Shown here: positions 10,484 through 18,923 of the stretch, piece by piece
Numbering within the stretch: the stretch's first letter is position 1
How the letters are laid out: every line of letters begins with the position of its first letter
Assembly (NCBI GenBank): GCA_964511965.1
Contig: CAZEGF010000006.1
Location: forward strand, 18,015-82,014
DNA: 64,000 bases
Direction: 5' to 3'
DNA from: an uncultured Gammaproteobacteria bacterium
GTDB lineage: Bacteria > Patescibacteriota > Microgenomatia > Levybacterales > GWA1-39-11
Translations under genes and position numbers: made by a program
Notes under the pieces: generated by a model
Told to the model about the DNA's origin: nothing
The model's input: the letters and a program-made list of their open reading frames with translations, nothing else
Databases searched by the model: none

Positions 10484-11980
10484 TTATTTGACGCGGGCAA
10501 CTCGGTCGCCAGCCACTACAGTTCTTGTAAGGATGATTTCGTCCCCTTGAGAAAGTCCGGATGCAACTTGAGCATATTGACCAATAATCGAGCCAAGCTT
10601 AATCTTTTTGGTTGTAGCTTTACCATCCTTAATAACAAAAACATACGATGCATCAGCGCTTTGATAGATTGCATCTAGAGGAACAAATGGAACAGCAGTT
10701 GATGTGTCTGCATATCCAACAGGAAGTTCAACGGTAATAAATTCATTATTAGTCAAATTATTTTGAAAATCGGTTGGCACGTCAAAAATTACAGAATACA
10801 AAGACCCATCAGTTGCTTCAGTTGAGATATAAGCCGGTGCTGTTTTATAAGACTTTCCGTCAATAGAAAGAGTTGCCTCATCAACTTGCGATAGTTTTTG
10901 TGCAATTTCTCTTGGCACACGGGCAACTGCTTTAAGCTTTTGCGCACCATGAATAAGAGCAATTGGAGTTCCAGGATTTACCGCTTCACCTTCCGTAACA
11001 TAAATCCGGTCAACCACTCCAGCAAATGGAGAAGCCGGATACATTGTTGCTTCCTGGATTTGGGCAAGTTTTAATTGAAGTCCGGATATTTCAACTGATA
11101 GATTTAATGCTTTTTCCTGAAGATCAAGTTGTCTTTGTGTAAGGTCTTTGGTCATATTTGAAAGATCTGCAGGTGGTTTGTCTCCTGCTCCTTGATATTC
11201 GGATGCTCTAACTCCTGCTTGAAGTTGATTTACAGCGGACTGATATTGGGAAATAATTTGCTTGGTTTGCAAGATTTGTGCATCATTTGCACCACCAACA
11301 TTAGTTGATTCCAGAGTTGAAAGCGTTGAGTTAAGACTTGAAACAATATCCTGATTAAGTGATAACAATGATTTTGTTTCATCAATCGATTTTGAAGTTA
11401 TATCTCTCAATTGGTCCGAATTATCATCTGATTTATTAGCTATATCTCTTTGTTTTTTAATAACATCTTTTTGGATGTCTAAAGTGTCTTTTGCATTTTT
11501 ATTTGTTGCATATGCAATTTCTCTTTGAATACCGGCAGCATTTCCCCCCTGATAATTTGAAGAAAGAGAGACTAAAGTTGTTCCTTTCCCAACTTGTTGC
11601 CCTTCGCTAACATTTATGGATGAAACAATTCCTGGGGTTTGTGCCACAACTTTTATAACTCCGCTTTTCTCAATTTGAGCCTGGACCTTAACAGTTGGTG
11701 CAGAGCCTATAGAGTATGCAGCAACTTCTTTTTCCGGTGTAGTAACGGTAGCTTCCTGCTTAGGTTTTCTTAAAAATGAACCAACTACGATAAGAATAAA
11801 AATTACAAGAAGTACTACAAAGAATGAGGTCAAGGGCTTTTTATCAATGGTTTTACCTGCTCTTTTTAAGAGGTTTTTTACCTTTAATTTGAATGTTGAG
11901 AAATTACCAAACTTTTTAAAGCGAGTGAAGATCGGGGCAGACCTTTTTGAGCTTGGCAACCGCTTGATACGGTTTGCCAT
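10484..11980 (-). CDS. efflux periplasmic adaptor (HlyD/MFP family) with a long coiled coil
   Basis: N-terminal TM, a long heptad-rich segment, and a C-terminal beta-barrel region (GAQKLKAVARVP..., IKLGSIIGQYAQV). Lies immediately upstream of the RND pump. Confidence 0.75.
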   Translation of the reverse strand: MANRIKRLPSSKRSAPIFTRFKKFGNFSTFKLKVKNLLKRAGKTIDKKPLTSFFVVLLVIFILIVVGSFLRKPKQEATVTTPEKEVAAYSIGSAPTVKVQAQIEKSGVIKVVAQTPGIVSSINVSEGQQVGKGTTLVSLSSNYQGGNAAGIQREIAYATNKNAKDTLDIQKDVIKKQRDIANKSDDNSDQLRDITSKSIDETKSLLSLNQDIVSSLNSTLSTLESTNVGGANDAQILQTKQIISQYQSAVNQLQAGVRASEYQGAGDKPPADLSNMTKDLTQRQLDLQEKALNLSVEISGLQLKLAQIQEATMYPASPFAGVVDRIYVTEGEAVNPGTPIALIHGAQKLKAVARVPREIAQKLSQVDEATLSIDGKSYKTAPAYISTEATDGSLYSVIFDVPTDFQNNLTNNEFITVELPVGYADTSTAVPFVPLDAIYQSADASYVFVIKDGKATTKKIKLGSIIGQYAQVASGLSQGDEIILTRTVVAGDRVARVK

Positions 11981-11992
11981 AATTAAGGACAG

Positions 11993-12021
11993 ATTGTATC
12001 AGTTTTTAGCTTCAAAAACAA
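11993..12021 (-). promoter_or_regulatory. sigma70-like promoter with extended -10 (TTGTTT-N17-TGaTACAAT) for the HlyD-RND operon
   Basis: Minus-strand reading aCTTGTTTttgaagctaaaaacTGATACAATctgtcc, about 12 nt upstream of the ATG. The same TGATACAAT extended -10 recurs upstream of alaS. Confidence 0.4.
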
Positions 12022-12033
12022 GTGTGTTTTTCT

Positions 12034-12060
12034 GTCATTGCGAGCACAGCGAAGCAATCT
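12034..12060 (+). repeat. solo copy of the ~27-bp GIY-YIG-associated repeat (TGTCATTGCGAGCacAGCGAAGCAATC)
   Basis: Near-identical to 22695-22721 (reverse-complemented) and to the interrupted copy at 22345-22387. Confidence 0.7.
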
Positions 12061-12071
12061 CGTTCCTGTCA

Positions 12072-12300
12072 TCCGGGGCTTGACCCGGGATCCATTACAA
12101 CTTAAATATATTTTTCTCTTCTCTTGTGCCGACAAGAGAAGCAGAAGCTCTTTGCATGTCAAGGGTCGCTAATTTTCTTCCTTTGTGAAGGGTGTGAAGC
12201 CTACCCCCTCCTCGACAAGTTCGCGAGGAGTCCCCCCCGCCTGCACTGCAGTCAGAAAATTCGGGCGCGCATTCCTTGAAATGCAAAAAAAGACCAACAA
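12072..12300. other. GC-rich structured intergenic element (candidate ncRNA or element remnant)
   Basis: Local GC clearly exceeds the flanks. Stem-loops at 12072-12092 (ATCCGGGG-cttga-CCCGGGAT), 12119-12142 (CTTCTCTTG-tgccga-CAAGAGAAG) and about 12210-12232 (CTCCTCG-acaagttcg-CGAGGAG). Not matched to tmRNA, RNase P, SRP or tRNA motifs. Confidence 0.35.
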
Positions 12301-12322
12301 TCGATGATCTAAGGTGATTATT

Positions 12323-12344
12323 AAAAAAAGCGACGCTTTTTTGG
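12323..12344 (-). terminator. A/T-rich hairpin (AAAAAAGC-gac-GCTTTTTT) directly after the stop of the 12350..13084 gene; possibly bidirectional
   Basis: Perfect 8-bp inverted repeat with a 3-nt loop, flanked by A/T runs on both sides. Confidence 0.45.
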
Positions 12345-12349
12345 ATGGG

Positions 12350-13084
12350 TTACTCCGTGAATTTGAAAGTGGAGAGGATTTGATCAAAAATATTTTTTGG
12401 TAATTCTGGAAGATTATTTTTAGGAAAAAACTTTGGGTTAGGAAAGCCATAAAATAGGTAGTAATCTGTCTTGTTTACCTGAAAGGGAATATTTGTAATT
12501 GAGACCCAGGGTGAAGCAATGCCTATGGGTTGGTTGGGGATAAATGTACTAATATATTTTTTAGCTTTTAATCCTGAGAGTTCTGTGTCAACTATGGTGA
12601 TTTTTGTGTAATCATTGGATATTGGTGGACTAAATTTGCCCTTAATTATTTCAAAGAATTGTACTGGTCTTTCGTTACATAAAGCTTGTGGATTGTTCTT
12701 AATTGATTCTTGGTAACTTACCAATACAAGGTCTTGAGCACTAACTGTACATTCCTCATTCGACAAAAGAATACCACTTGGATATTTGAAACTAAAGCCA
12801 TCACCTTGATAGGTTTTCCAATCTGCTGTCGGATCTGGAGTTGGAGTGGGAGATGTTTGGGTAGCTATTGGAGTAGGGGTGGGTTTGGAAACAATTTTTA
12901 AAATTGGTTCGCGGTAAACATAGCCAGCGGCTGTACCTCCTGCAAGAAGAAGAAAAATTAGAATACCAATAATTGCTTTGATAGAAAATTTACTGGCAGG
13001 TTTTATTGGACTTGGAGTTTCTGAAACAACTGGGGGCGTTGGGTTTGGGATTTCGGAAACTGGTGGGTTTTGATCTTCTTCCAT
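12350..13084 (-). CDS. hypothetical membrane-anchored secreted protein
   Basis: N-terminal Pro-rich segment, then a TM (IIGILIFLLLAGGTAAGYVY), a PT-rich linker and a globular C-terminal domain. Confidence 0.4.
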   Translation of the reverse strand: MEEDQNPPVSEIPNPTPPVVSETPSPIKPASKFSIKAIIGILIFLLLAGGTAAGYVYREPILKIVSKPTPTPIATQTSPTPTPDPTADWKTYQGDGFSFKYPSGILLSNEECTVSAQDLVLVSYQESIKNNPQALCNERPVQFFEIIKGKFSPPISNDYTKITIVDTELSGLKAKKYISTFIPNQPIGIASPWVSITNIPFQVNKTDYYLFYGFPNPKFFPKNNLPELPKNIFDQILSTFKFTE

Positions 13085-13119
13085 AAGTTTAGTTTTTCAT
13101 ACTTGCAGGGGAGTTTCAA

Positions 13120-14313
13120 TCATTCGTATCTTAAGGCTTCTATAGGAGATAATTTTGATGCACGAAGAGCTGGTGCCATTCCAAATATAACACCAATAAG
13201 AATTGAGAATGTGAAGGCAAGAACGATAGACCATGGTGTTACGGATGACACCAGTAGCTTTGCCAGTATAAATGATCCAGTCATCCCAATAACTATTCCG
13301 ATTATTCCTCCAGTTAGAGATAACATAACTGCTTCGAGCAAAAACTGTTTTAAAATATCAGACCTTTTTGCACCTAAAGCTTTTCGAAGACCGATCTCAC
13401 GAGTCCTTTCAGTAACACTAACAAGCATGATGTTGGCAACTCCAATTCCTCCGACAAGAAGAGATATAGCCGCTATTCCTCCAAGAGCGATTGTTAGGAC
13501 ATTTGTAATGTTGCCTACTATCTCAAGTGAAGACTCTGCAGACTGGACAGTAAAGTCATCTTCAGTAAGACGTTTTAATAGAACTTTTTTTATTTGGTTC
13601 TCAACAAATCTGATTTGTGAATCTTTATTAGCAGCAACATAGATAGCGTTTATTTGCGTCACACCAAATTGTTTTTTGGCTGCATTTATTGGAATAACAA
13701 TAACCTTGTCCTGATCTATCCCAAAAATTGCTCCCCGTTTTTTTAAAATTCCTGTGATTGTGTATATATTATTTCCAATAAAAATTCTTTTGCCTATTGG
13801 ATTTGAGTCAGGAAAAAGATCATTTTTTACAGTGCTTCCTATAATTGCCAAAGGGGCACCGGATTTTGCCTGTGTTTCATTAAATGAAACACCACGTTCT
13901 ACAACTGCATTTTTAACAGTTTCAGAATAATTAGCTGTTGTGCCTAGAATTGATGTGGATTTTTCACTTTTACTTTTATATTTGACAGTGCTAACCTGTT
14001 GAACAACAGGTGCAACCTGCGCATAATTTCTCAATTTTGTCTCTATATTTTGTGCGTCTTGTAATTGCAATTTATTAACAACAACTCCCCCAGGAGTTCT
14101 TGATCCTGTACCACTCCCTGGAATTACAAAAATTAGATTAGATCCAAATCCCTGGATTTGATTGGTGATGTATGTTTGCAAACCGGTACCAACCGAGACA
14201 AGCATAATGATTGCAAATACTCCAATGATAATTCCAAGTGTAGTTAAAAAACTTCTTAGCTTATTTGCAATAAGTGACCTGTATGCTAATTTAAATAATT
14301 CTTGTGCTTCCAT
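13120..14313 (-). CDS. ABC transporter permease, MacB/FtsX family
   Basis: N-terminal TM, MacB-like periplasmic core domain, and a C-terminal FtsX 3-TM bundle (LRKALGAKRSDIL motif). Confidence 0.85.
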   Translation of the reverse strand: MEAQELFKLAYRSLIANKLRSFLTTLGIIIGVFAIIMLVSVGTGLQTYITNQIQGFGSNLIFVIPGSGTGSRTPGGVVVNKLQLQDAQNIETKLRNYAQVAPVVQQVSTVKYKSKSEKSTSILGTTANYSETVKNAVVERGVSFNETQAKSGAPLAIIGSTVKNDLFPDSNPIGKRIFIGNNIYTITGILKKRGAIFGIDQDKVIVIPINAAKKQFGVTQINAIYVAANKDSQIRFVENQIKKVLLKRLTEDDFTVQSAESSLEIVGNITNVLTIALGGIAAISLLVGGIGVANIMLVSVTERTREIGLRKALGAKRSDILKQFLLEAVMLSLTGGIIGIVIGMTGSFILAKLLVSSVTPWSIVLAFTFSILIGVIFGMAPALRASKLSPIEALRYE

Positions 14314-14385
14314 CTTAAGTAAAAGTAAAAAGCAAAAAGAAAATTTTAAAATTATTTTTCATTTTTAATTTTTTATTTTTAATTT

Positions 14386-15057
14386 TCAAACTATGGTGCC
14401 GTCGGCGATTTTTATTATTTTTTTTGCTTGGTGTGCAATATCTAATTCATGAGTGATCAATACTATCGTTTTTCCTTGATGATTTAATTCTTTTAAAATA
14501 TTCATGACATCATTTCCAGATGATGTATCCAAATTTCCTGTTGGTTCATCAGCAAGAATAACTTCTGGATCATTCATAAGAGCTCTGGCTATGGCAACCC
14601 TTTGTTGTTGCCCTCCTGACAATTGGTTTGGTCTATTATGAATGCGTTCCGCAAGGCCAACTTTAGTCAAAATTTGGATAGCTCTTTCCTCACGTTCCTT
14701 TTTCTTAACACCGGCATATATAGAAGGAAGTACAACATTTTCTAAAGTTGTTGAGCGGGGTAGAAGATTAAAAGACTGAAAAACAAATCCAATTTGACGG
14801 CTTCGAATACTTGATAGTTCATCTTCACTAAGTGATTCTACTGCAGTACCGTTGAGAATATATTTTCCGGAAGTAGGGGTATCCAAAAGTCCGATAATAT
14901 TCATAAGCGTTGATTTTCCACTTCCGGAACGTCCTGTTATAGCAATAAAATCTCCTTTTTGAACCGTTAGCGTTACTCCTTTAAGAACTTGAGTTTTTAC
15001 ATCCCCAGTCACATATTCTTTCTTAACATTCGTAAGTTTGATGACTGGTTGCTTCAT
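14386..15057 (-). CDS. ABC transporter ATP-binding protein (MacB/LolD-like)
   Basis: Walker [10 protein letters not shown], signature [15 protein letters not shown], Walker B ILADEPT. Confidence 0.9.
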   Translation of the reverse strand: MKQPVIKLTNVKKEYVTGDVKTQVLKGVTLTVQKGDFIAITGRSGSGKSTLMNIIGLLDTPTSGKYILNGTAVESLSEDELSSIRSRQIGFVFQSFNLLPRSTTLENVVLPSIYAGVKKKEREERAIQILTKVGLAERIHNRPNQLSGGQQQRVAIARALMNDPEVILADEPTGNLDTSSGNDVMNILKELNHQGKTIVLITHELDIAHQAKKIIKIADGTIV

Positions 15058-15066
15058 GAGAAGTGC

Positions 15067-16131
15067 CTATTTTTTGACGGGAACGCTATTGGGATCTACT
15101 ACCAAAAGTTCTCCTTCCGATAATCCACTCGTGATTTCAGTTTCCGTGTCACTTTGCAATCCTAGAGTTACATTTCTTTTTACATATTTATTCCCCTCTT
15201 TTATATAGACCTTATTATCATCTGTAAGACTTGATAGAGGAACTGTTAGTACATTTGTTTTTCTATTCGTAATAATAGAAGCATTTCCATTCATCCCAAC
15301 CCTGTACATATAGTTATCGTTAGAAGAAATGACCGCTTTTACATCAAATGCGTTTCCACCGGTCGAAGTGGTATGTGTAGTAAAGTCTATGGAACTAACT
15401 TTTAAATGCAGTGTTTTGCCCGGATAGGAATCTAATTCAACATCAACAGTTTGGCCAATTGCAACACGGCTAATATCTGCTTCATCAACCTCCATTCGGA
15501 AAGAAAGAGAGGATGGATCAGTAACGGTAAAAGTTGTTGCCGGCGTTATATTGACACCGGCCGTTTTTACATCGGCACGTGTAACTATACCTTCGATTGG
15601 AGTTGTAAGAATAGATTCTTGACGGGCAAGATCTTGAAGTTCGACTGAATTTATTGTCAAATCAAGATTGTACTGGTTGTTCTCAAGTAGTCTTCTCATA
15701 TTTATATTAACTGCATCAGATGGTTTTGCCGCTTGCTGACTTTGATTTGTCTGCTCGAAATTATTTCTTTGTATCGAATAGTTAAGAAGTGCTGTTTTCA
15801 TATTTTTCAGAGCAGTTGCCTGATCAAGTGTTGCGATTGTCTGTCCGGCCACGACCAAGCTTCCTTTTTCAACATTCAGCGTTACAAGTTTTCCTCCAAT
15901 TTGAAATGCGAGATCAACTGATTTTTCGGAAGTTATAGTTCCAGTAATGGCAATTGATTGGACAAGATTTTCTCTGGTGACTTTTTCTGTTTCAATAGGT
16001 TTTGGCGGTTTTGGTTTTAGGAGAAACCCTAGAGCAAGAATTATTACAAGAATAACAGCAGAAATTATTTTATGCCTTTTTGCAAAAAGGATGATTTTTG
16101 CAAATTGAAACCTGACTTTATTAAGCCACAT
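15067..16131 (-). CDS. periplasmic adaptor subunit (MacA/HlyD-like) of the ABC efflux system
   Basis: N-terminal TM plus a coiled-coil and beta-barrel adaptor layout. First gene of the three-gene operon with the ABC ATPase and FtsX permease. Confidence 0.7.
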   Translation of the reverse strand: MWLNKVRFQFAKIILFAKRHKIISAVILVIILALGFLLKPKPPKPIETEKVTRENLVQSIAITGTITSEKSVDLAFQIGGKLVTLNVEKGSLVVAGQTIATLDQATALKNMKTALLNYSIQRNNFEQTNQSQQAAKPSDAVNINMRRLLENNQYNLDLTINSVELQDLARQESILTTPIEGIVTRADVKTAGVNITPATTFTVTDPSSLSFRMEVDEADISRVAIGQTVDVELDSYPGKTLHLKVSSIDFTTHTTSTGGNAFDVKAVISSNDNYMYRVGMNGNASIITNRKTNVLTVPLSSLTDDNKVYIKEGNKYVKRNVTLGLQSDTETEITSGLSEGELLVVDPNSVPVKK

Positions 16132-16185
16132 AACAATATTATTGCATTATTTTGTTATAAAAATAAACCGGTATCAAAATTCCCC

Positions 16186-16214
16186 TTGACACAGTTTGTA
16201 CCGTTTGTTAATAT
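16186..16214 (+). promoter_or_regulatory. sigma70-like promoter TTGACA-N17-TAATAT
   Basis: ccccTTGACAcagtttgtaccgtttgtTAATATcccc, upstream of the 16240 ORF. Confidence 0.45.
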
Positions 16215-16239
16215 CCCCAATACGACTGCCCGCGTTCAT

Positions 16240-17034
16240 ATGTCACAACATACAACTCTGGCAACAACAAAAAAAGTAGCAGTCACCATAACTCTTCCTA
16301 GTGTTAACTTTGAAGCACTTCTTAAAAAAATAAAAGAATTTTCCGTCCAGCTTTTCTCAAGTATTTATAACCCAATGAGCAGTGGTATTGGTAAAGCTTC
16401 CGAAGAAGCAACATCACGCGCACAAAGATTAAAGTTTCCAAAAATGGAAAAAAATAAATTCAAATTTGATAAAAAATATCTTAAAGTTATTATTCCAGTT
16501 ATTCTAGTTCTTATTGTTATGTCAGCAATAGTAAGCTTAGTTAGATCACTACCTGATGCACAAAGCAAACCAACCTCAACAAATCAAGTATCGGCCCCAG
16601 ACGTACTATCAACTATTAATTTAGACAAAAAATTCACTTTTCCATTAAAAGATGATAAAGGTGCAGTTGTAGGAAATTTTGAATATATGATCCAATCTGC
16701 AACTCTTCAAAAACAAATAATTGTCCAGGGACAACGAGCAACAGCAGTTGCCGGCAGACAGTTTCTTATTGTTAATCTAAAAATTACAAATAGTCTAAAA
16801 AAGACTATCCAACTTAATACAAGAGATTATATTCGTATAATTACAGCAACCGATCCTAACGAACAACTCGCTGCAGACATTCATAATGACCCAGTCGAAG
16901 TACAAGCAATCTCAACCAAATTTACCAGAGTTGGAATAGCAATTAACGAATCGGACACTAAGAAAACAATTCACATGAAAGTTGGAGAGATTGATGGAAC
17001 CAAGCAAAACATTGATCTTAACTTTAAATTCTAA
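16240..17034 (+). CDS. hypothetical membrane-anchored extracytoplasmic protein (possible DUF4352-like beta-sandwich)
   Basis: Internal TM (YLKVIIPVILVLIVMSAIVSLV) followed by a beta-rich domain. The start codon is uncertain; alternatives are 16375 and 16444. Confidence 0.4.
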   Translation: MSQHTTLATTKKVAVTITLPSVNFEALLKKIKEFSVQLFSSIYNPMSSGIGKASEEATSRAQRLKFPKMEKNKFKFDKKYLKVIIPVILVLIVMSAIVSLVRSLPDAQSKPTSTNQVSAPDVLSTINLDKKFTFPLKDDKGAVVGNFEYMIQSATLQKQIIVQGQRATAVAGRQFLIVNLKITNSLKKTIQLNTRDYIRIITATDPNEQLAADIHNDPVEVQAISTKFTRVGIAINESDTKKTIHMKVGEIDGTKQNIDLNFKF

Positions 17035-17078
17035 ACCTTAATAGGAAAGATTAGTAGTTATTCCTGCCTAGACTTCGT

Positions 17079-17318
17079 ATGACCAATTCAAACAATACTA
17101 TCCCTAACCATCTACTTGCCGAGATAAAATCGGCTCTTGAAAGCGTTAAATACGGAAGCATTGAAATATTTGTCCAAAACAAAGTAATAACTCAAATAGT
17201 AGTTCGTAATATTCATAAAACAAGTATGGATATTGAAAGGCAAGAGTCTCACAGTAGTGTTACCAGTCACATTGCAACCCACTCTCATATACAAAAAAGT
17301 TCTGTTAAGATTAGATAG
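17079..17318 (+). CDS. small DUF2292 (YezD-like) protein
   Basis: LLAEIKSALESVKYGSIEIFVQNKVITQIVVRN matches the YezD-family core. Confidence 0.5.
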   Translation: MTNSNNTIPNHLLAEIKSALESVKYGSIEIFVQNKVITQIVVRNIHKTSMDIERQESHSSVTSHIATHSHIQKSSVKIR

Positions 17319-17397
17319 CTATATTTGGCTAAATAGGTCTTGACACTACTATTTATATAGTATATAAGTTAGGGTAATCGATAGAGCTGACCGCAAA

Positions 17398-17450
17398 CGG
17401 AGGCTTCTTCACACAATCATTTTTTGTGTGCGGAAGTCTCCGTTTTTTTG
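17398..17450 (+). terminator. intrinsic terminator or attenuator hairpin followed by T7
   Basis: CGGAGGCTTC..cacac..gtgtg..GAAGTCTCCG then TTTTTTTG. A TTGACA-N17-TATAAG motif (17340-17368) sits just upstream. Confidence 0.55.
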
Positions 17451-17536
17451 TTTCTTGGGGCTACCGGAAATAAAACTAGGCGGGAGAAACGAAGTGCTCT
17501 TGAAAAAGAAATCTTAAACCAAAGGAGGTGAAATAT

Positions 17537-18808
17537 ATGACAAATTTCAAAAAACAAATTTTCTCAGTAGTCGCAGCTGGATCTCTACTCGTAAGCGTAG
17601 CAACTCCAGTTCTTGCGGATACTACAATACAAATTTCTGGAAACGGAGCTGGTTCAGACAACTATACAAAAGTTGAACAAACCAACACAAACACCGTTAG
17701 CCAGAATAACACAGCAAATGTCACCAACAATGTTACCTCAAATGCAGACACAGGAAACAACAAAGCTGGTTTTAACACAGGAGGCGATGTCAACATCGGC
17801 ACTGGAAAAGCTACAACCGTTGCAAACGTAACCAACACTTTGAACAGCAATGCTGCTCAAATTGCAGGATGCAATTGTGAAGGAGACACTAATGTTAAGA
17901 TTTCCGGAAACGGAGCTAAATCTGACAATACCGTTACTTTGAAAGATACGAATGTAAATTCAATCGGACAAAATAACGTTGCTAACGTTACCAACAATGT
18001 TGATAACAATGCAAATTCTGGTGGCAACACTGCAAATAGCAACACAGGTGGAGATGTAATGATCAACACCCAAGGAGCTACAGCTGTTTCAAACGTTACG
18101 ACCGTTGCAAATGCAAATTCTGCAATGATCGGAGGCGGAGCTGGAGCTGGACACAATTCTGCTTCTTTTGTAATTTCTGGTAATGGTGCAGGAAGCGACA
18201 ACTGGATTGACGCTAAACTCAACAATACCAATTCTGTTTCACAAGGAAATACAGCAAATGTTACAAACAATGTTGATTCTGATGCTAAAACAGGATACAA
18301 CGATGCAGGATTTAATACCGGAGGCGATGTAATGATCGGCACCGGAGCTGCTTGGTCAGAAGCAAACGTAGACAATATGGTTAACTTTAATTCAGCTAAC
18401 CTCGACTGCGGATGTGTAACTGATGTACTTGCTAAAATCGACGGAAATGGCGCTACACCTGAAGGCCACGGATACTGGGACTTCTGGAACAAGAATGATA
18501 ATACTATCCTTCTTGATTTAGTTAACGCTAATAACGTTGGACAAGGTAACAATTCTTACCTCAATAACAAAGTCAATGCTGACGCAAAGACCGGAGGTAA
18601 CGATGCTGACCTTAATACCGGTGACACTTATGGATCTGATCCATCAATCGGAACCGGACCAGCAACTAACGTAACCGATGTAAATAACAGCGGAAACGTT
18701 AACACTGTTGGAGGAACACCATTTGTAATCCCAATGCCTGGTGATTCAAGTGTTTCTATTTCTTTCAACTTTCAAGCTTTAATGGCATTCTTCGGAATGC
18801 ACGTTTAG
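17537..18808 (+). CDS. secreted Asn/Thr/Gly-rich repeat protein (4 x ~90-aa repeats, each ending in CxC)
   Basis: Signal peptide MTNFKKQIFSVVAAGSLLVSVATPVLA. Repeat units begin ISGNGAGSDN and contain NTGGDV.IGTG and NCxC/DCGC. Strong SD AGGAGGTG 8 nt upstream of the ATG at 17537. Confidence 0.7.
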   Translation: MTNFKKQIFSVVAAGSLLVSVATPVLADTTIQISGNGAGSDNYTKVEQTNTNTVSQNNTANVTNNVTSNADTGNNKAGFNTGGDVNIGTGKATTVANVTNTLNSNAAQIAGCNCEGDTNVKISGNGAKSDNTVTLKDTNVNSIGQNNVANVTNNVDNNANSGGNTANSNTGGDVMINTQGATAVSNVTTVANANSAMIGGGAGAGHNSASFVISGNGAGSDNWIDAKLNNTNSVSQGNTANVTNNVDSDAKTGYNDAGFNTGGDVMIGTGAAWSEANVDNMVNFNSANLDCGCVTDVLAKIDGNGATPEGHGYWDFWNKNDNTILLDLVNANNVGQGNNSYLNNKVNADAKTGGNDADLNTGDTYGSDPSIGTGPATNVTDVNNSGNVNTVGGTPFVIPMPGDSSVSISFNFQALMAFFGMHV

Positions 18809-18923
18809 TTTGATACAGAAACAAGTAGGGTGCTTTTGTTAGCACTTCGACAAGACCACCCTACAAGTTTCGAAACGACAAATAAACTTAAAACGAAAAA
18901 CTTAAAACTTAAAAACAAGAAAA

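Noticed and set aside
12060-12300. Tried to assign the GC-rich element to tmRNA, RNase P RNA, SRP RNA or a tRNA
   Set aside because: None of the conserved motifs are present: no tag-reading frame plus T-arm/CCA, no P4 AGUCCGGGC/ACAGAAnCCGGCUUA, no SRP GGAA tetraloop with AGCAGC, no 7-nt T-loop. It is also too short for RNase P or tmRNA. Left as an unclassified candidate.
11847-12450. Small ORFs 11847-12083 (+), 12095-12286 (-) and 12169-12450 (-) across the repeat and the GC-rich intergenic segment
   Set aside because: They are translations of the palindromic repeat and of hairpin-rich GC DNA. They have implausible composition (Gly/Arg/Cys runs) and no SD. Treated as non-coding.
17857-18552. 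231-aa minus-strand ORF, plus many other 60-130-aa antisense ORFs (e.g. 19229-19543, 20261-20527, 20549-20944, 21715-22083, 25226-25483), inside the N/T-rich repeat protein genes
   Set aside because: They sit antisense or out of frame within low-complexity repeat genes that have clear signal peptides and SD sites on the other strand. Their Pro/Leu/Val-rich translations are typical of frame artefacts.
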